A stretch of DNA of 64,000 nt, from positions 1,687,266-1,751,265 of the forward strand of contig CAWCYI010000006.1 of assembly GCA_963799845.1 (NCBI GenBank). Direction: 5' to 3'. The position numbers and the translations under genes are program-made. Under the pieces are notes generated by a model, which saw only the letters and a list, made by a program, of their open reading frames with translations, had not been told where the DNA came from and ran no database searches. Below are positions 9,852 through 20,959 of this stretch, in pieces. Source of the stretch: an uncultured Nitrososphaerota archaeon. GTDB lineage: Archaea; Thermoproteota; Nitrososphaeria; Nitrososphaerales; CADDZS01. Each line of letters starts with the position of its first letter. Positions within the stretch are counted from its first letter, which is position 1.

Positions 9852-11545
9852 ATGAAGTTGATCGATCCAATCACCTCCGATCTAATTCGGAGCTCGCTGC
9901 TCTATGCGAGTGAAGAAATGGGGATTGCCCTAAGAAATTCCTCGTATTCACCAAACATTAAGGAGAGGATGGATCATTCTGCTGCAATTTTTGATCCGGT
10001 TGGAAGACTGCTCTCGCAGGCGGAACATATCCCCGTTCATCTGGGTTCACTGCCCTGGGGTATGAAAAATCTCTTGGATTACGCAGACGCTGAGCATATG
10101 ATCCTCGAGGAGGGCACTATGATAGTTACGAACAATCCCTACATCGCTGGCACTCATTTGAATGATATAACTGTCGTGCGCCCGATCTATCATACGGGAC
10201 AACTAGTCGCATTCGCCGCTAACAAGGCGCATCACTCGGACGTTGGTGGAAGAGTGCCCGGAAGCATTTCTGTCGACGCTCATAGCTTGTATGAAGAAGG
10301 ACTCGTGATCAACCCATCCTATCTGATGAGACGGGGCGAGTTCGACCACCAGGTTATATCTCTCATAACGTCGAATTCGCGTACTCCGATTGAAAGAACG
10401 GGGGACCTGAAAGCGCAGGTCGCAGCAAACTATGTGGGAGAGAAGAGAGTGCTCGAGATCGTTGAAAAATACGGGCGCGACAGCTTCCAGGAATCCTCCA
10501 CACGCTCGTTTGAGTACGCGGAAAAGATGATGCGTTCAAGACTGTCGCAAATCAAGAAGGGTCGCTATTCAGCTGAAGACGTGCTGGAATCCCCGGACGG
10601 TGACGACATCAAATTAAAAGTCAGTGCCACGGTGGGCGATGACGGAACGCTCGAATTCGATTATACTGGAACGGCAAAGCAGGTCGAGAATCCAATGAAT
10701 TCTGTCTTTGGGGTAACTATCTCTGGAGTCCACTACGTCGTCAGGACACTTATTGGAGATGACGTACCCGCGAACTACGGGGCTTTCTCCGCCCTAAAAA
10801 TATTCGCCCCTCAAGGAACGATAATAAACCCGACGTTCCCACATCCCGTAGCGATTGGTAATCTCGAGACGAGTCAGAGAAATGCTGATCTAGTTTTTCG
10901 AGCGTTGTCCAAAGTCCTTCCAGACAGGGTTCCCGCTGCCAGTGGAGGTTCGATGAATAATATTATGATGGGCGGTATTCACAAAGGGCTGGCCTGGGCG
11001 TTTTACGAAACAATGGGCGTCGGCCTGGGCGCTAGACCGAAACTTGATGGGATCGACGGTATCCAGTGCAACATGACCAACACGATGAACACTCCGGCCG
11101 AAGACATTGAGCGGTCGCTGCCTGTCCTCTTGAGAATGTACGAATTTCGACCGGACAGTTCCGGGGCAGGAAAATTTAGGGGAGGATGCGGATTAGTCAG
11201 GATGTTCGAGATTACCGGCGAATCCACAACCGTTACAATCGTCTCTGATCGATCGCGGCATCATCCTTGGGGTCTGAAGGGCGGAAAAGAGGGATCGTGT
11301 GTCGAGGTCATCCTACACGAAAAGATAGGGAACAAGACGAAGAAAAAGAAAGTGCCCGCAAAGACCACCCTGGTATTGAAACGAGGAGATTCCATTGAGC
11401 TTCGAACCGCGGGCGGAGGAGGTTTTGGTAATCCATCATCGCGCGAAATGTCAAGTATTGAAGAGATCTCAGGAATGGTATGTTATCAGAAGGTTATGTG
11501 AGGAAAAACTATCCTGCATCTGATCGCAAGTGTATGCGCAATTAG
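9852..11545 (+). CDS. Hydantoinase B / 5-oxoprolinase catalytic subunit; C-terminal frameshift near 11465
   Basis: SPNIKERMDHS, HIPVHLGS, NNPYIAGTHLND, KAHHSDVGG, TAGGGGFG. The conserved tail DLRNGMLSEGY continues in another frame to TAG at 11545. Confidence 0.9.
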
Positions 11546-11644
11546 AAATTTCTAGAACTGTTCGAAGCAACTCTTAGGCACGAATCCATGGAGAAACGGC
11601 GCGAAAATGTGATGGCTGCGTCGTAAAAGTCGCCTAGCTTGCTT

Positions 11645-12286
11645 TCAGGCCATCTCTTCTTCAAACTTCTGCAAGGACATGTGCTCTAAACAATAGACGA
11701 TAGCTCGATTCGCGCTTTCAATAATAGAATCTAGAGGTAGTGAGGGATAGTTCTTGTTGTTGTTTCTCGCGATCCATTCGCTGTGGCAGGGAATATGTAT
11801 GAAACCACCGCTGAAATTCTGCCTTCTCGCCTCTCGGACGATGACAAACATTGCGTTGTTGCACAGGTACCCTCCGGCAGACAGACTGATAGAAGAGGGG
11901 ATACCGCTCTTGTTGAGAGATTCCACCATGCCTTCGACCGGGAGGTTGGTAAAAATGCCATCAGGAAGTTTGGGGTCAATTGGTGTTCCTTTCATTATCC
12001 TTCCCGCGTTATCCGGTTCGCTCGCATATCGATAATTTACGGCGATCTTTTCCGGAGTGATCTTCTGGCGACTTTGAGCAAGCCCGAAGCCGATTACGAG
12101 TTGCGGCCTGACTCTCGTTAGTTGAGTGACGATTTTTTCCTCGACCATAGAATAGTCGACAGGCAGAACTACACTCGTTACTTCGTGATCTTTTATCTTT
12201 CTATTTTGGAGATGCTGAACCAGTAGCTGGGATGGGTTTTCGTCAAACTCCAGAAACGGCTCGAATCCAAATACGAGGATGGACAT
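11645..12286 (-). CDS. pcp: Pyroglutamyl-peptidase I (pyrrolidone-carboxylate peptidase)
   Basis: GFEPF, PEKIAVN, SLSAGGYLCN (catalytic Cys), GFIHIP. Confidence 0.92.
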   Translation of the reverse strand: MSILVFGFEPFLEFDENPSQLLVQHLQNRKIKDHEVTSVVLPVDYSMVEEKIVTQLTRVRPQLVIGFGLAQSRQKITPEKIAVNYRYASEPDNAGRIMKGTPIDPKLPDGIFTNLPVEGMVESLNKSGIPSSISLSAGGYLCNNAMFVIVREARRQNFSGGFIHIPCHSEWIARNNNKNYPSLPLDSIIESANRAIVYCLEHMSLQKFEEEMA

Positions 12287-12328
12287 GTGCTAGACAGGAT
12301 AAGCGCTCGATTTATCGATTTTGCGATT

Positions 12329-12808
12329 CTAGGGGTAGATGCGCTCTCCAGTTTCCTCGTCTTCCAATATTATTGCGCGATACGGACACGATTGTGCGGC
12401 GTAGAATATCCTTTCGGGATCGGCTCCCTTCTTGTCAAGCAAGACCAGCGGTGCGGGATCAAAGACAGATTTTTTCTTTTCCCAGTCCAGCCTGAATACC
12501 TTTGGTGCCAGTTCAACGCAGCTGGCGGCCCCCATACACGAATTCCAATCCACCTTTATGCCGACCTTTCTTTCTCCGACCACCATCCCAGTCCACCAGC
12601 CGCCCTTCTCGCTTGAGAATTTTTTCTTTATCTTCGTGTCAATTATTAGGGCGATTGCGGCGGGAACAGAAACAAACTCGAGAAAAACAAGTGATTGTGT
12701 TCCGCCGAAATAGAAGTAGATAAGTAAGGCTAATGCGACGATGCCAGCGAACCCAACAACCAGAACGAATCTGAATGAACTTGACCAGTTTGTCGTTTTA
12801 GGTTTCAA
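12329..12808 (-). CDS. Membrane-anchored monocluster ferredoxin (probably 3Fe-4S)
   Basis: Two N-terminal TM helices, then VDWNSCMGAASCVELAPKVF...AAQSCPYRAI. Confidence 0.8.
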   Translation of the reverse strand: MKPKTTNWSSSFRFVLVVGFAGIVALALLIYFYFGGTQSLVFLEFVSVPAAIALIIDTKIKKKFSSEKGGWWTGMVVGERKVGIKVDWNSCMGAASCVELAPKVFRLDWEKKKSVFDPAPLVLLDKKGADPERIFYAAQSCPYRAIILEDEETGERIYP

Positions 12809-13049
12809 TCAAGAATGCTCAATTGTTCCTTTAGGCTTTTCCCCAGATTCCCGATGATGCCGGTAATTGCAATCTTTCGTGTGGACGTTAGGGATTGAGA
12901 TATTGTTTCCCAATTGCCGTTCCTTGACTATGGTTCGAATATCTTGTTAAAAATCCGTAAATTCCATTCGTCAGGAACGTGGTTTAGGACCCCGGATTGG
13001 AGACTAATCTAGATACGCTTTTATCATTCGATCTTCCTATCAAAAACTT

Positions 13050-13445
13050 ATGAGCATGCTCTTGGAACATCTCTCGAAAGAATTCATGCGCGAAATCGGA
13101 GTCAGGTCAAGGGACGTTTATGAAATGATATTACCACCAGTTGACATGTTTGAGGACGGTTCTGAACTTGTTGTGATGCTGGATATGCCTGGATTTGAAA
13201 AGGACAAAATCAGAACGAGGCTTTCGGAACACTCTTTGCTCGTAAGCGCAAAACGGGATCGAATTGAAAGGGACGGAATGACTTACTGGGAACAGAGACC
13301 GCTCAGAGTCCAGAAAAAAATCCAGCTCCCGGTGAAGATTGAAGTTGACGAGGAAGATGAAACTGGAGTAAAGGCGAAGTACGAGAATGGCGTGCTTACC
13401 GTGAGACTTCCGATCAAGGGAATCGGAAGGGTCGTCGTAGAATAA
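13050..13445 (+). CDS. Small heat-shock protein (Hsp20 family)
   Basis: PPVDMFED, LDMPGFEK, AKYENGVLTVRLP. Confidence 0.92.
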   Translation: MSMLLEHLSKEFMREIGVRSRDVYEMILPPVDMFEDGSELVVMLDMPGFEKDKIRTRLSEHSLLVSAKRDRIERDGMTYWEQRPLRVQKKIQLPVKIEVDEEDETGVKAKYENGVLTVRLPIKGIGRVVVE

Positions 13446-13447
13446 AT

Positions 13448-15058
13448 TCAGCTTCTAAAAATCACTGAAAATACCACAATAGCTAGTGACAGGACGAACC
13501 CGATTTTTCCGTCCGTCGTGTTGAGATAAAAGATCGAAAATGCGGTTCCCGCGAGTCCTATGCCGGCGATGAATCCGGGCAAGAACTTTGATCTGCGTCT
13601 TCGCGAATTTGTCATTCCTGCACTTCTCACTCCAGTCGGGTCATAGTTTTGCTCGAGATATCCCTTCAGCATGGGCATCACGTCGATTGATGCGTCGAGC
13701 GCTTTTCCGATGCGCTTCATCAGATCCCTGATCTCCTCCTGGTAGGCTTCATCCACAAGCCCCTCTTCCTCCAGAACGTTTCCCAGAATGTGCACGAATC
13801 GGAATTTTGGATCAAGGGCAAGGCACACCCCTTCGAGGATCGACAGCATTCTCATGTAAAGGACGAGGCTCTTCGGGAGTCGAAAAGGGAACTGATAGAT
13901 CGTCCGGTTTGCGATTTCAAGGAGTGCCTTTACTTCCGTCTCCTCGACCTTCTGGCCGTGCATGTCGGCGAGCGCCAGCTCGACTCCCCGCCGAATAACG
14001 TACCGGTTCGTGTCCGGCTGCAGCAGTCCCAGGGCGACCATCATGTCAACAACTCTAGAAGCGTTCATATCGACCAGCGCCGAGTAAAATCTGACGAGTT
14101 TGATCCTAGTTTCGGGATCCAAAGTACCGGTCATTCCAAAATCGTACAGGACGATTTTTGTAAGCTTCTTGCCCTCAGGAGATTCTTCCACCATGATCGA
14201 GATGTTGCCGGGATGGGGATCAGCGTGGAAAAGACTCTGGCTCAAAAGCATCGTGAAAAAGATCTTCGCTACTCGTCGCGCAAGTTTTTTTCTGTCGACA
14301 CCGGCGGCATCGAGTTCCTTCACATTGCTGATTTTGATTCCGCCGATATATTCCAAGACGAGAACGCTTTCAGATGAAATTTCCGGATAAACTCGGGGTA
14401 TCAGAACGTCCTTCTGCGATCTGAGATTTTTCTTGATACCCGCCAGATTCTCGGCTTCCTTTTTGTAGTTCATCTCCTCTTTTACCGTCTCGGAGAACTG
14501 CTCGACCACAGATTGAGCGGTAACCTTGAGGGACTGATCGATGAACCTACCGATCAGGGGAACAACTCGAAACAGAACTTTGGTGTCAATTCTCATCTGC
14601 TCGTGGATTCCCGGCCTGTTGACCTTGACGACGACGTCGTCGCCCTTGTACTTTGCACGATACACCTGACCAAGGCTGGCACCCGTAACCGCGCTCGCAT
14701 CAAAGGAATCAAAGACTTCTATGATGGGCTTTCCCAGATCTTTCTCTATCGTCGGCTTTACTTCTTCAAAAGGAGCCGCGGGGACTTCGTCCTGGAGTTT
14801 CGCGAACTCGTCGATATACGGTTGAGGAATTACATCGGGCCGCACAGAGAGCAGCTGACCGAGTTTGATGTACGCAGGACCAAGCTCGATGAATGTCTCG
14901 ACCGCTTTCTTCCCGTGTTTTTTGTATACCCCTGGATGAACGAGCCTGCCCTCGGCTCTGCGTATTTCCCTTCGATCGCGTCGATAGTTTAGAGCAACCG
15001 GGAGAAGCTTCCACATCACCTGGATGAAGCGCTTTGTTTCCGGCTTGAGCAATGGCAT
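13448..15058 (-). CDS. AarF/ABC1/UbiB-family atypical kinase
   Basis: ELGPAYIKLGQLLSVRPD, ASLGQVYRA, FHADPHPGN, YDFGM. Confidence 0.93.
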   Translation of the reverse strand: MPLLKPETKRFIQVMWKLLPVALNYRRDRREIRRAEGRLVHPGVYKKHGKKAVETFIELGPAYIKLGQLLSVRPDVIPQPYIDEFAKLQDEVPAAPFEEVKPTIEKDLGKPIIEVFDSFDASAVTGASLGQVYRAKYKGDDVVVKVNRPGIHEQMRIDTKVLFRVVPLIGRFIDQSLKVTAQSVVEQFSETVKEEMNYKKEAENLAGIKKNLRSQKDVLIPRVYPEISSESVLVLEYIGGIKISNVKELDAAGVDRKKLARRVAKIFFTMLLSQSLFHADPHPGNISIMVEESPEGKKLTKIVLYDFGMTGTLDPETRIKLVRFYSALVDMNASRVVDMMVALGLLQPDTNRYVIRRGVELALADMHGQKVEETEVKALLEIANRTIYQFPFRLPKSLVLYMRMLSILEGVCLALDPKFRFVHILGNVLEEEGLVDEAYQEEIRDLMKRIGKALDASIDVMPMLKGYLEQNYDPTGVRSAGMTNSRRRRSKFLPGFIAGIGLAGTAFSIFYLNTTDGKIGFVLSLAIVVFSVIFRS

Positions 15059-15071
15059 GAGGATTTCTCTT

Positions 15072-15434
15072 TCAGAATAACAGCCACTTTAGTTTGCGAA
15101 GAATACTATTGAGCGACAAGAAAATCAATAGGAAACTCAGCGGGCCGCCCAATGAGCGGGAATGATTTTTTGCAGAACTGTTTAGAATCGTCGCTGCTCC
15201 GAAGGCAACCAGAGTTTCCGGGGAATCGCGAACGAGATGGCCCACTGGATCTAAGCGCGGGTCTACTTGATCTTGATGGATTTCAAAATAATTCTCGTAT
15301 TCTCTGACGTGAAGGCCGTTCGCACCCCTGTATTGCCTCAAACATCCTCTTGGATCACCGAGGAGCGTCTCGTCGAATTCGAACCCATCGAGGGAGGGCA
15401 GCACTTCTTTGGAGACTAGAAAAGAATCGTCCAT
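15072..15434 (-). CDS. Hypothetical protein
   Basis: 120-aa ORF co-oriented with the ABC1 kinase; LHVREY..F.IH.D.VDP..DP.GHL resembles a conserved archaeal hypothetical. Confidence 0.65.
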   Translation of the reverse strand: MDDSFLVSKEVLPSLDGFEFDETLLGDPRGCLRQYRGANGLHVREYENYFEIHQDQVDPRLDPVGHLVRDSPETLVAFGAATILNSSAKNHSRSLGGPLSFLLIFLSLNSILRKLKWLLF

Positions 15435-15488
15435 GCCGACCCGTCCATATTGACGAGTCCGTCTCCCTCAATTCAATTTATGGGTTTC

Positions 15489-15522
15489 AAAAAATGGGGA
15501 GGTCGATCCGAAGATCGACTCC
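15489..15522 (-). terminator. Stem-loop with cUUCGg tetraloop followed by a T-tract
   Basis: Minus strand reads GGAGTCGATC-TTCG-GATCGACCTCC-CCA-TTTTTT. Confidence 0.55.
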
Positions 15523-15778
15523 GATGTAAGACTAGGGATTCATTGTCTACCTGCGTCACGGTCTTTCCGGTCGCAGTCCCGTATAAAGCCGAAACCTAGA
15601 CGGTTGCTATCACTAGAACTGCAACGATCGGCCGAAAAATCGCGTTGGTTACTCCGCTCTTGATTCCCGAAAATTTGTTCGTCATTTCCCAAATAAAACT
15701 CGGTACCTATTTAGCAGATACCAACACTGTCTTCCATGTCTGTTACAGATTTGTTACAAGTTCCGGAGTTTGATATCT

Positions 15779-16558
15779 TCACTTGAATCGCGCGTCGATG
15801 AGCTTGATGTCGGCCTCGGACAATCTCCAGCCTGATGCATCGCAGTTTTCCCTCACGTGTTGCGTGTTGTCCGCCTTCGGGATCGCCACAACATTTTCTT
15901 CGCGCGTCAGAAAGTTTAGAGCAACCTGAGCTCTCGTCTTTCCATATTTTGCAGCGATCTTGTCGAGCACCTCGTCCTTCTTCTTGCTTACCTGACCGCG
16001 AGATAGCGGCGAGTACGCAACTATCGTAATTTTTTGTTCCTTGCAGAAAGGAATCAGCTCATTCTCGACACCCCTTGTCGCGAGATTGTATTCGACCTGA
16101 TTTGACACTATTTCCTGGGACGACATAGCATCCTGCGCTTGCCTCAGATCTTCGACAGAAAAGTTGCTCACGCCGATATACCTTATCTTTCCTTTCTTGA
16201 CCAGATCTTCCATCGCCTTCATTGTCTCTTTGATCGGGATGCGTGGATTCGGCCAGTGGATCATGTAGAGATCGATTACCTTGGTATCAAGCCGGCTCAG
16301 GCTACCTTCGGCCGCCTTGATCACATCGTCGTAATGCAGATGTTGCGGCGAAACCTTGGTCGCAAGAAAAACTTTGTCCCTGATGTCAGCGATGGCTTTG
16401 CCGACAACGCCCTCGGTCCCATACATCTCCGCGGTATCCACATGAGTCGCGCCGAGTGAAACTCCAAGCCTCAACGGCTCGACCCCACCTCGGTACGCCC
16501 AAGTTCCCTGTCCGATTTCCGAAATCTTGATCCCGCTTTTTCCAAGAGATTTTTGAAG
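15779..16558 (-). CDS. Aldo/keto reductase
   Basis: IGQGTW, DTAEMYGTE, DLYMIHWP, IGVSNFS, NQVEYNL, AYSPL, AIPKA. Start uncertain. Confidence 0.93.
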   Translation of the reverse strand, partial: LQKSLGKSGIKISEIGQGTWAYRGGVEPLRLGVSLGATHVDTAEMYGTEGVVGKAIADIRDKVFLATKVSPQHLHYDDVIKAAEGSLSRLDTKVIDLYMIHWPNPRIPIKETMKAMEDLVKKGKIRYIGVSNFSVEDLRQAQDAMSSQEIVSNQVEYNLATRGVENELIPFCKEQKITIVAYSPLSRGQVSKKKDEVLDKIAAKYGKTRAQVALNFLTREENVVAIPKADNTQHVRENCDASGWRLSEADIKLIDARFK

Positions 16559-16642
16559 CATAATCGAATCGAAGAAATTGACAAACAATGCTCAGATAAT
16601 GATTGCTATGTTTTTATTTGCAATCCAGTGGGTCAATCCAGA

Positions 16643-17566
16643 ATGCCGTTCATTGACGACTGCGGATTGATGCTCGAACCCCAGGAGGGCATGAGTGTCG
16701 AGGAAATAGTCGGATGGGCTAGTTACGCGGAAAGATCAGGTTACGGATACATCTTCAGGTCTGATCATCTGATTCCCACCTCGGGTACGAAAGGACTTGC
16801 GTCACCCGAGTGCTGGGTGACATTGGGTGCCATCGCCGCAAGAACTGATCGTATAAAATTTGGACCAATGGTTTCTCCCATTGGGTTCCGGAATCCCGCC
16901 ATACTCGCTAACATGGCGTGCGCGTTGTATTCCTATTCTATGGGGAGGGCTATTCTTTCGATCGGTGCGGGATGGTACCAGGCCGAGTACGAGGCGCACG
17001 GGATTATATTTCCAGATCTAAATCAAAGGAAAGAAGGCTTCCACGAAGCGCTCCAGATCATAAGCCCGCTAACGGAGGGGAAACGCGCAACTTTCAAGGG
17101 CAAGTATTATTCAGCAGACGTCGAGTGCTATCCAAAACCTGTCCCCAAAATTCACCTCATCGTTGGCGGGCGTGATTCTCAGATCATGAAGTGGGCCAGC
17201 GAGTTTGCAGACGAGCTCAACATTTACAGCCCAACTATGAAGTGGGTCGAAAAAGCTCGGGGGATACTCGGTGAAGACAGTAGTGTCGCCCTTTCGCAGA
17301 TGGGACCATTTTTCATCGGCGAATCAGAAGTCGATCTCAACAAAAGAGTTCAGCGCTTTCTGAAGGTGAACGGTCTCGAAGGAAGTGTAGAGGATCAGAT
17401 TGCCAATTTTAGAGAGCGCGGAATCTTCTGCGGCGCTCCGGAAGATTTCATCGACCAGATAAAGGAAAAGAAAAACGCGGGCATGAACAAATTCTACTTC
17501 CAGCTCAGCGATCCCGCCGACAAGGAAGCAACGGAGATCCTGACCAAAACAGTTCGCAGGCTCTAG
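16643..17566 (+). CDS. LLM-class (luciferase-like, probably F420-dependent) oxidoreductase
   Basis: EPQEG, FRSDHL, WVTLGAIAART, FRNPAILA, IGAGWYQAE. Start taken at MPFIDD. Confidence 0.88.
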   Translation: MPFIDDCGLMLEPQEGMSVEEIVGWASYAERSGYGYIFRSDHLIPTSGTKGLASPECWVTLGAIAARTDRIKFGPMVSPIGFRNPAILANMACALYSYSMGRAILSIGAGWYQAEYEAHGIIFPDLNQRKEGFHEALQIISPLTEGKRATFKGKYYSADVECYPKPVPKIHLIVGGRDSQIMKWASEFADELNIYSPTMKWVEKARGILGEDSSVALSQMGPFFIGESEVDLNKRVQRFLKVNGLEGSVEDQIANFRERGIFCGAPEDFIDQIKEKKNAGMNKFYFQLSDPADKEATEILTKTVRRL

Positions 17567-18315
17567 ACAATTTCCAAACTAAATTCTTCGATTAGCTTTG
17601 ATGCCAGATCAAAGTTTCTAGAAACCTGGTCCGGATAGTGGGAATCAGATCCATAACTTACCTTGCAATTTGCTCGGTGACATGCGGAAGCCAACTTGCT
17701 GACAAGTTCCGGAGTCCTTGAAAGATCCGCCCCATTGAGCTCGACAGCCTTCCCATTCTTCCTTGCGACTTTGGCCAGATCAAACATCAAATCCTCGAAG
17801 TCGTCTGGAATCGACGGGGTGCCCACCGCGAGCCTTTCTGGATGTGTCAGTATGTCAAACGGAATGAAATCGCTCTCTAATGCCTCCTTCTGAGTTTCGA
17901 CGTACTCCCTCCACCTTTTCTCGACGCTTTTCTTGTCCATGGGCAATTTATTCTCCTCCACGTCTATCCCCCCGGCCAACTCGTGAACCGAGCAAAGAAG
18001 TACGTCCCACTTTTTGCTCGAAACTATCCGACCGATTTCAGAGCTGTATTGCCCGATATAGTCAACCTCCAGTCCTCTCCTTACGTGGATTCCCTCGAGG
18101 CCCCTTATCTTTTCGAATTCTTTTAGATAATCATCGAACGAGGAGAACATGCGCCCGGATTCGTGCACGGAACCGAACTTTACTTTCTGCCTTACAAACG
18201 TGAATTGCGAAATGTGCTCTGTCGTAGAAAGACGGCTCACGTTTGTCTTTTTCGCGGCATCTGCCATTGATTCTATGCCGGCGAGGATAATGTGGCTGTG
18301 GTTATCGTAATGCAA
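17563..18315 (-). CDS. PHP-domain phosphoesterase (histidinol-phosphatase-like)
   Basis: DNHSH, TEH, GLEVDY, SVH, LTHPE, GSDSH. Confidence 0.88.
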   Translation of the reverse strand: MHYDNHSHIILAGIESMADAAKKTNVSRLSTTEHISQFTFVRQKVKFGSVHESGRMFSSFDDYLKEFEKIRGLEGIHVRRGLEVDYIGQYSSEIGRIVSSKKWDVLLCSVHELAGGIDVEENKLPMDKKSVEKRWREYVETQKEALESDFIPFDILTHPERLAVGTPSIPDDFEDLMFDLAKVARKNGKAVELNGADLSRTPELVSKLASACHRANCKVSYGSDSHYPDQVSRNFDLASKLIEEFSLEIV

Positions 18316-19324
18316 AAGTCTTGCTCAATAGAAATAATTTCTGAATGGTTTTTCAACAGATCGGGCAGTACAGATCAGATTCTGAACAAAAGATTCTCGA
18401 ATTAAAGTGACGGACGCAAGAAGAAATTGCTTTATACCAAATTAAAGTGGGATGAGATTGAGTAAGAGATGAATACTGGTGTTTTAGTTTGGCTCTCGTA
18501 GCCTGAATCTTGTACAGAACGAAGATCCTCTCTCGCCCGAAACTCTCAATCGCCTTCCAAGCAATCCAAAATCTAGCAGGCCGAAATTTGGCCTCGCGTT
18601 TCAAGCGAGCCAGCCACTCGATCATTACGTGGAATGCGCGAAGCTCGCGAAGAAATACCAATTTGATATGGTACAGGTCTATGACGACCTGCTCTTCAAA
18701 CCGGCTTGGCCGATACTATTCGCGATGGCCCGCGAGCTGAGGGGCAGCGGCACAACTATTGGACCTGGAGTCGTGAATCCCTACCACATGCACCCAGCGC
18801 TAATTGCAACGCATCTAGCGTCCCTTAACGAAGAGATGAATGGCGATTCCTTCCTCATGATCGGAAAGGGTGCATTCCATGATCTCTTCGATGTGAAAAC
18901 CCCGAAGCCGATTACTGCCACAAAAGAAGCGATCGAGATTATCTACAATCTTCTCTCTGGGAGTCCGACAGATTACATCGGGGAGATATTCAAGATGAAC
19001 ATCGGGGCCAAGTTCCGCTGGGAATATGCTGTACGCAAGCTCCCAAAGATATGGATAGGAAGCTGGGGTCCAAAGATGTGCGAGCTCGCTGGCAAAATGA
19101 GGCAAGTCTCCGGCATCATGGTCAGCAGCATCACAGATCCGTGCTACCTGAGATATCTCAGAGAACGGTGTCGCGCGGGAGCTCATTCAGCGGGTCGTGA
19201 ACCGGATGAAATTGAGATCGGATGCGTCCCCGGGACGATTATCTCGGAGGACAGAGACGCAGCTCTAGCTCTCGCGAGAAAGGCCAGCGCGGTATATCTT
19301 CCCTACCTTGAGCCAATGACCGAA

Positions 19325-20959
19325 GAGACTGTGTGAGAACTATTTAAAGGCAAATACTTTGGCCGACAGGCCTATCTACGAGTACGCCCTAATGCATGAA
19401 CGTGAGTAATAGCGGTCACGTGGAGGGTAGTGAGCGAAGGCAGAGGATACTCCTTCCAGACATGTTGGACGAATACGTAGACGAAGACAATCCAGTCAGG
19501 TTCATTGATGCATTTGTAGACAAGCTCAGCCTGAAGAAGCTCGGATTCAAGCATTCCGTCCCAAGCGAGACTGGAAGACCGTCGTACGACCCCGCAGATC
19601 TTCTCAAGCTATACATCTATGGATACCTGAACCAGATTCGTTCCAGCAGAAAGCTCGAGCGAGAGTGCAGGAGAAATCTTGAACTCGTCTGGCTCATGAA
19701 GAAACTCACTCCGGACTTCAAGACCATATCCGATTTTCGGAAGAACAACGTAGACTCGATCAAGCCAGTCTTCAAGGAATTCGTCTTTCTTTGCAAGAGC
19801 CTTGATCTCTTCGGGCTTGAGCTCGTCGGCATCGACGGGAGTAAGTTCAAAGCTGTCAACTCCAAAGACAAGAGCTGACTTTAACGAAAGAAAACTCGAG
19901 AACAGCTTGAAACTCACGAACGAAAAGATAGAACGATACCTGAAGGAGATCGAGGAGAATGACAAAAATGACGTTGACGATGATAACGACAAAGAGCAGG
20001 AGACTAGGGAGCTCAAAGAGAAGATTGGCAAGCTTGAGGAGAAGCGGAACGAATACATTCGAATACAGAATGAGATGAAGGAGAGCGGAAAGAAAGAGAT
20101 GACGCTCAACGACCCGGAGAGCAGACTGATGAAGGCTGGCAGGGGGCTCGACGTGTGCTACAACGTAGAATCTGCCGTCGATTCAAAGTACCACATGGTT
20201 TGTGAGTATTATATCACGAATCATCCTAGTGACAAGAACGAACTTGCAAATGTTGCAATAGGAGCTATGAAGACACTGGGCGTCGGAAAGCTTGATGCAA
20301 CCGCAGATAGCGGATTCTTCGACGCGGAGCATATCAGAGAATGCATCCAAAATGGGATAACTCCGTACGTCACCGAGCAGAAGTCCATCGGGAGTGCGAA
20401 GAGGAGAGGCATACCAACGCCGGAATTTTACAAGAGCGAGTTCTTCTACGACAAAGAAGCAGATGCGTACACTTGTCCCGCGGGAGAGAATCTTTGGTCC
20501 ATGTACGTAATGGACAAGGGGAAGGGTAAGCGAATGAGGGTCTACGGGACAACGGCGTGCTCCAACTGCCCATTCTTCCTTACAAAATGTACAGCCGACA
20601 GAACTGGCAGGAAGATATACAGAGGACTTCACGAAGAGCTAATCGAAGAGATGAGGCAAAGAATCAAGGACGACCCTTCCAAAACAAAATTTAGGAAGGA
20701 GCTCTGCGAGCATCCGTTTGGTACGATGAAGAGGGCGTTCAACCAGGGCTACCTTCTTCTCAAAGGATTAAGGAAGGTTGGCGGTGAAGTCGGATTCACC
20801 ATGCTTGCATATAACATGAGGAGAGCAATCAATGTACTCGGAACAAAGGCATTGATAGGATCGCTCGGACTGTAGTCGAGATCCACTAGCCCTCTTTATG
20901 AAGTAACATCGAATAGATCTCATCGTGGGAGCGGATCAAATGAGTTTTAACACAGTCTC
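19325..20959 (+). mobile_element. IS1182-family insertion sequence
   Basis: IR GAGACTGTGTGAGAACT / AGTTTTAACACAGTCTC; 4-bp duplication CGAA at 19321-19324 and 20960-20963. Confidence 0.9.
19396..20875 (+). pseudogene. IS1182-family transposase, frameshifted near 19873
   Basis: GRPSYDP, SSRKLE, PDFKTISDFR, IDGSK, DPESRLM, ADSGF, EHPFGTMK, LAYNMRR. Confidence 0.88.
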
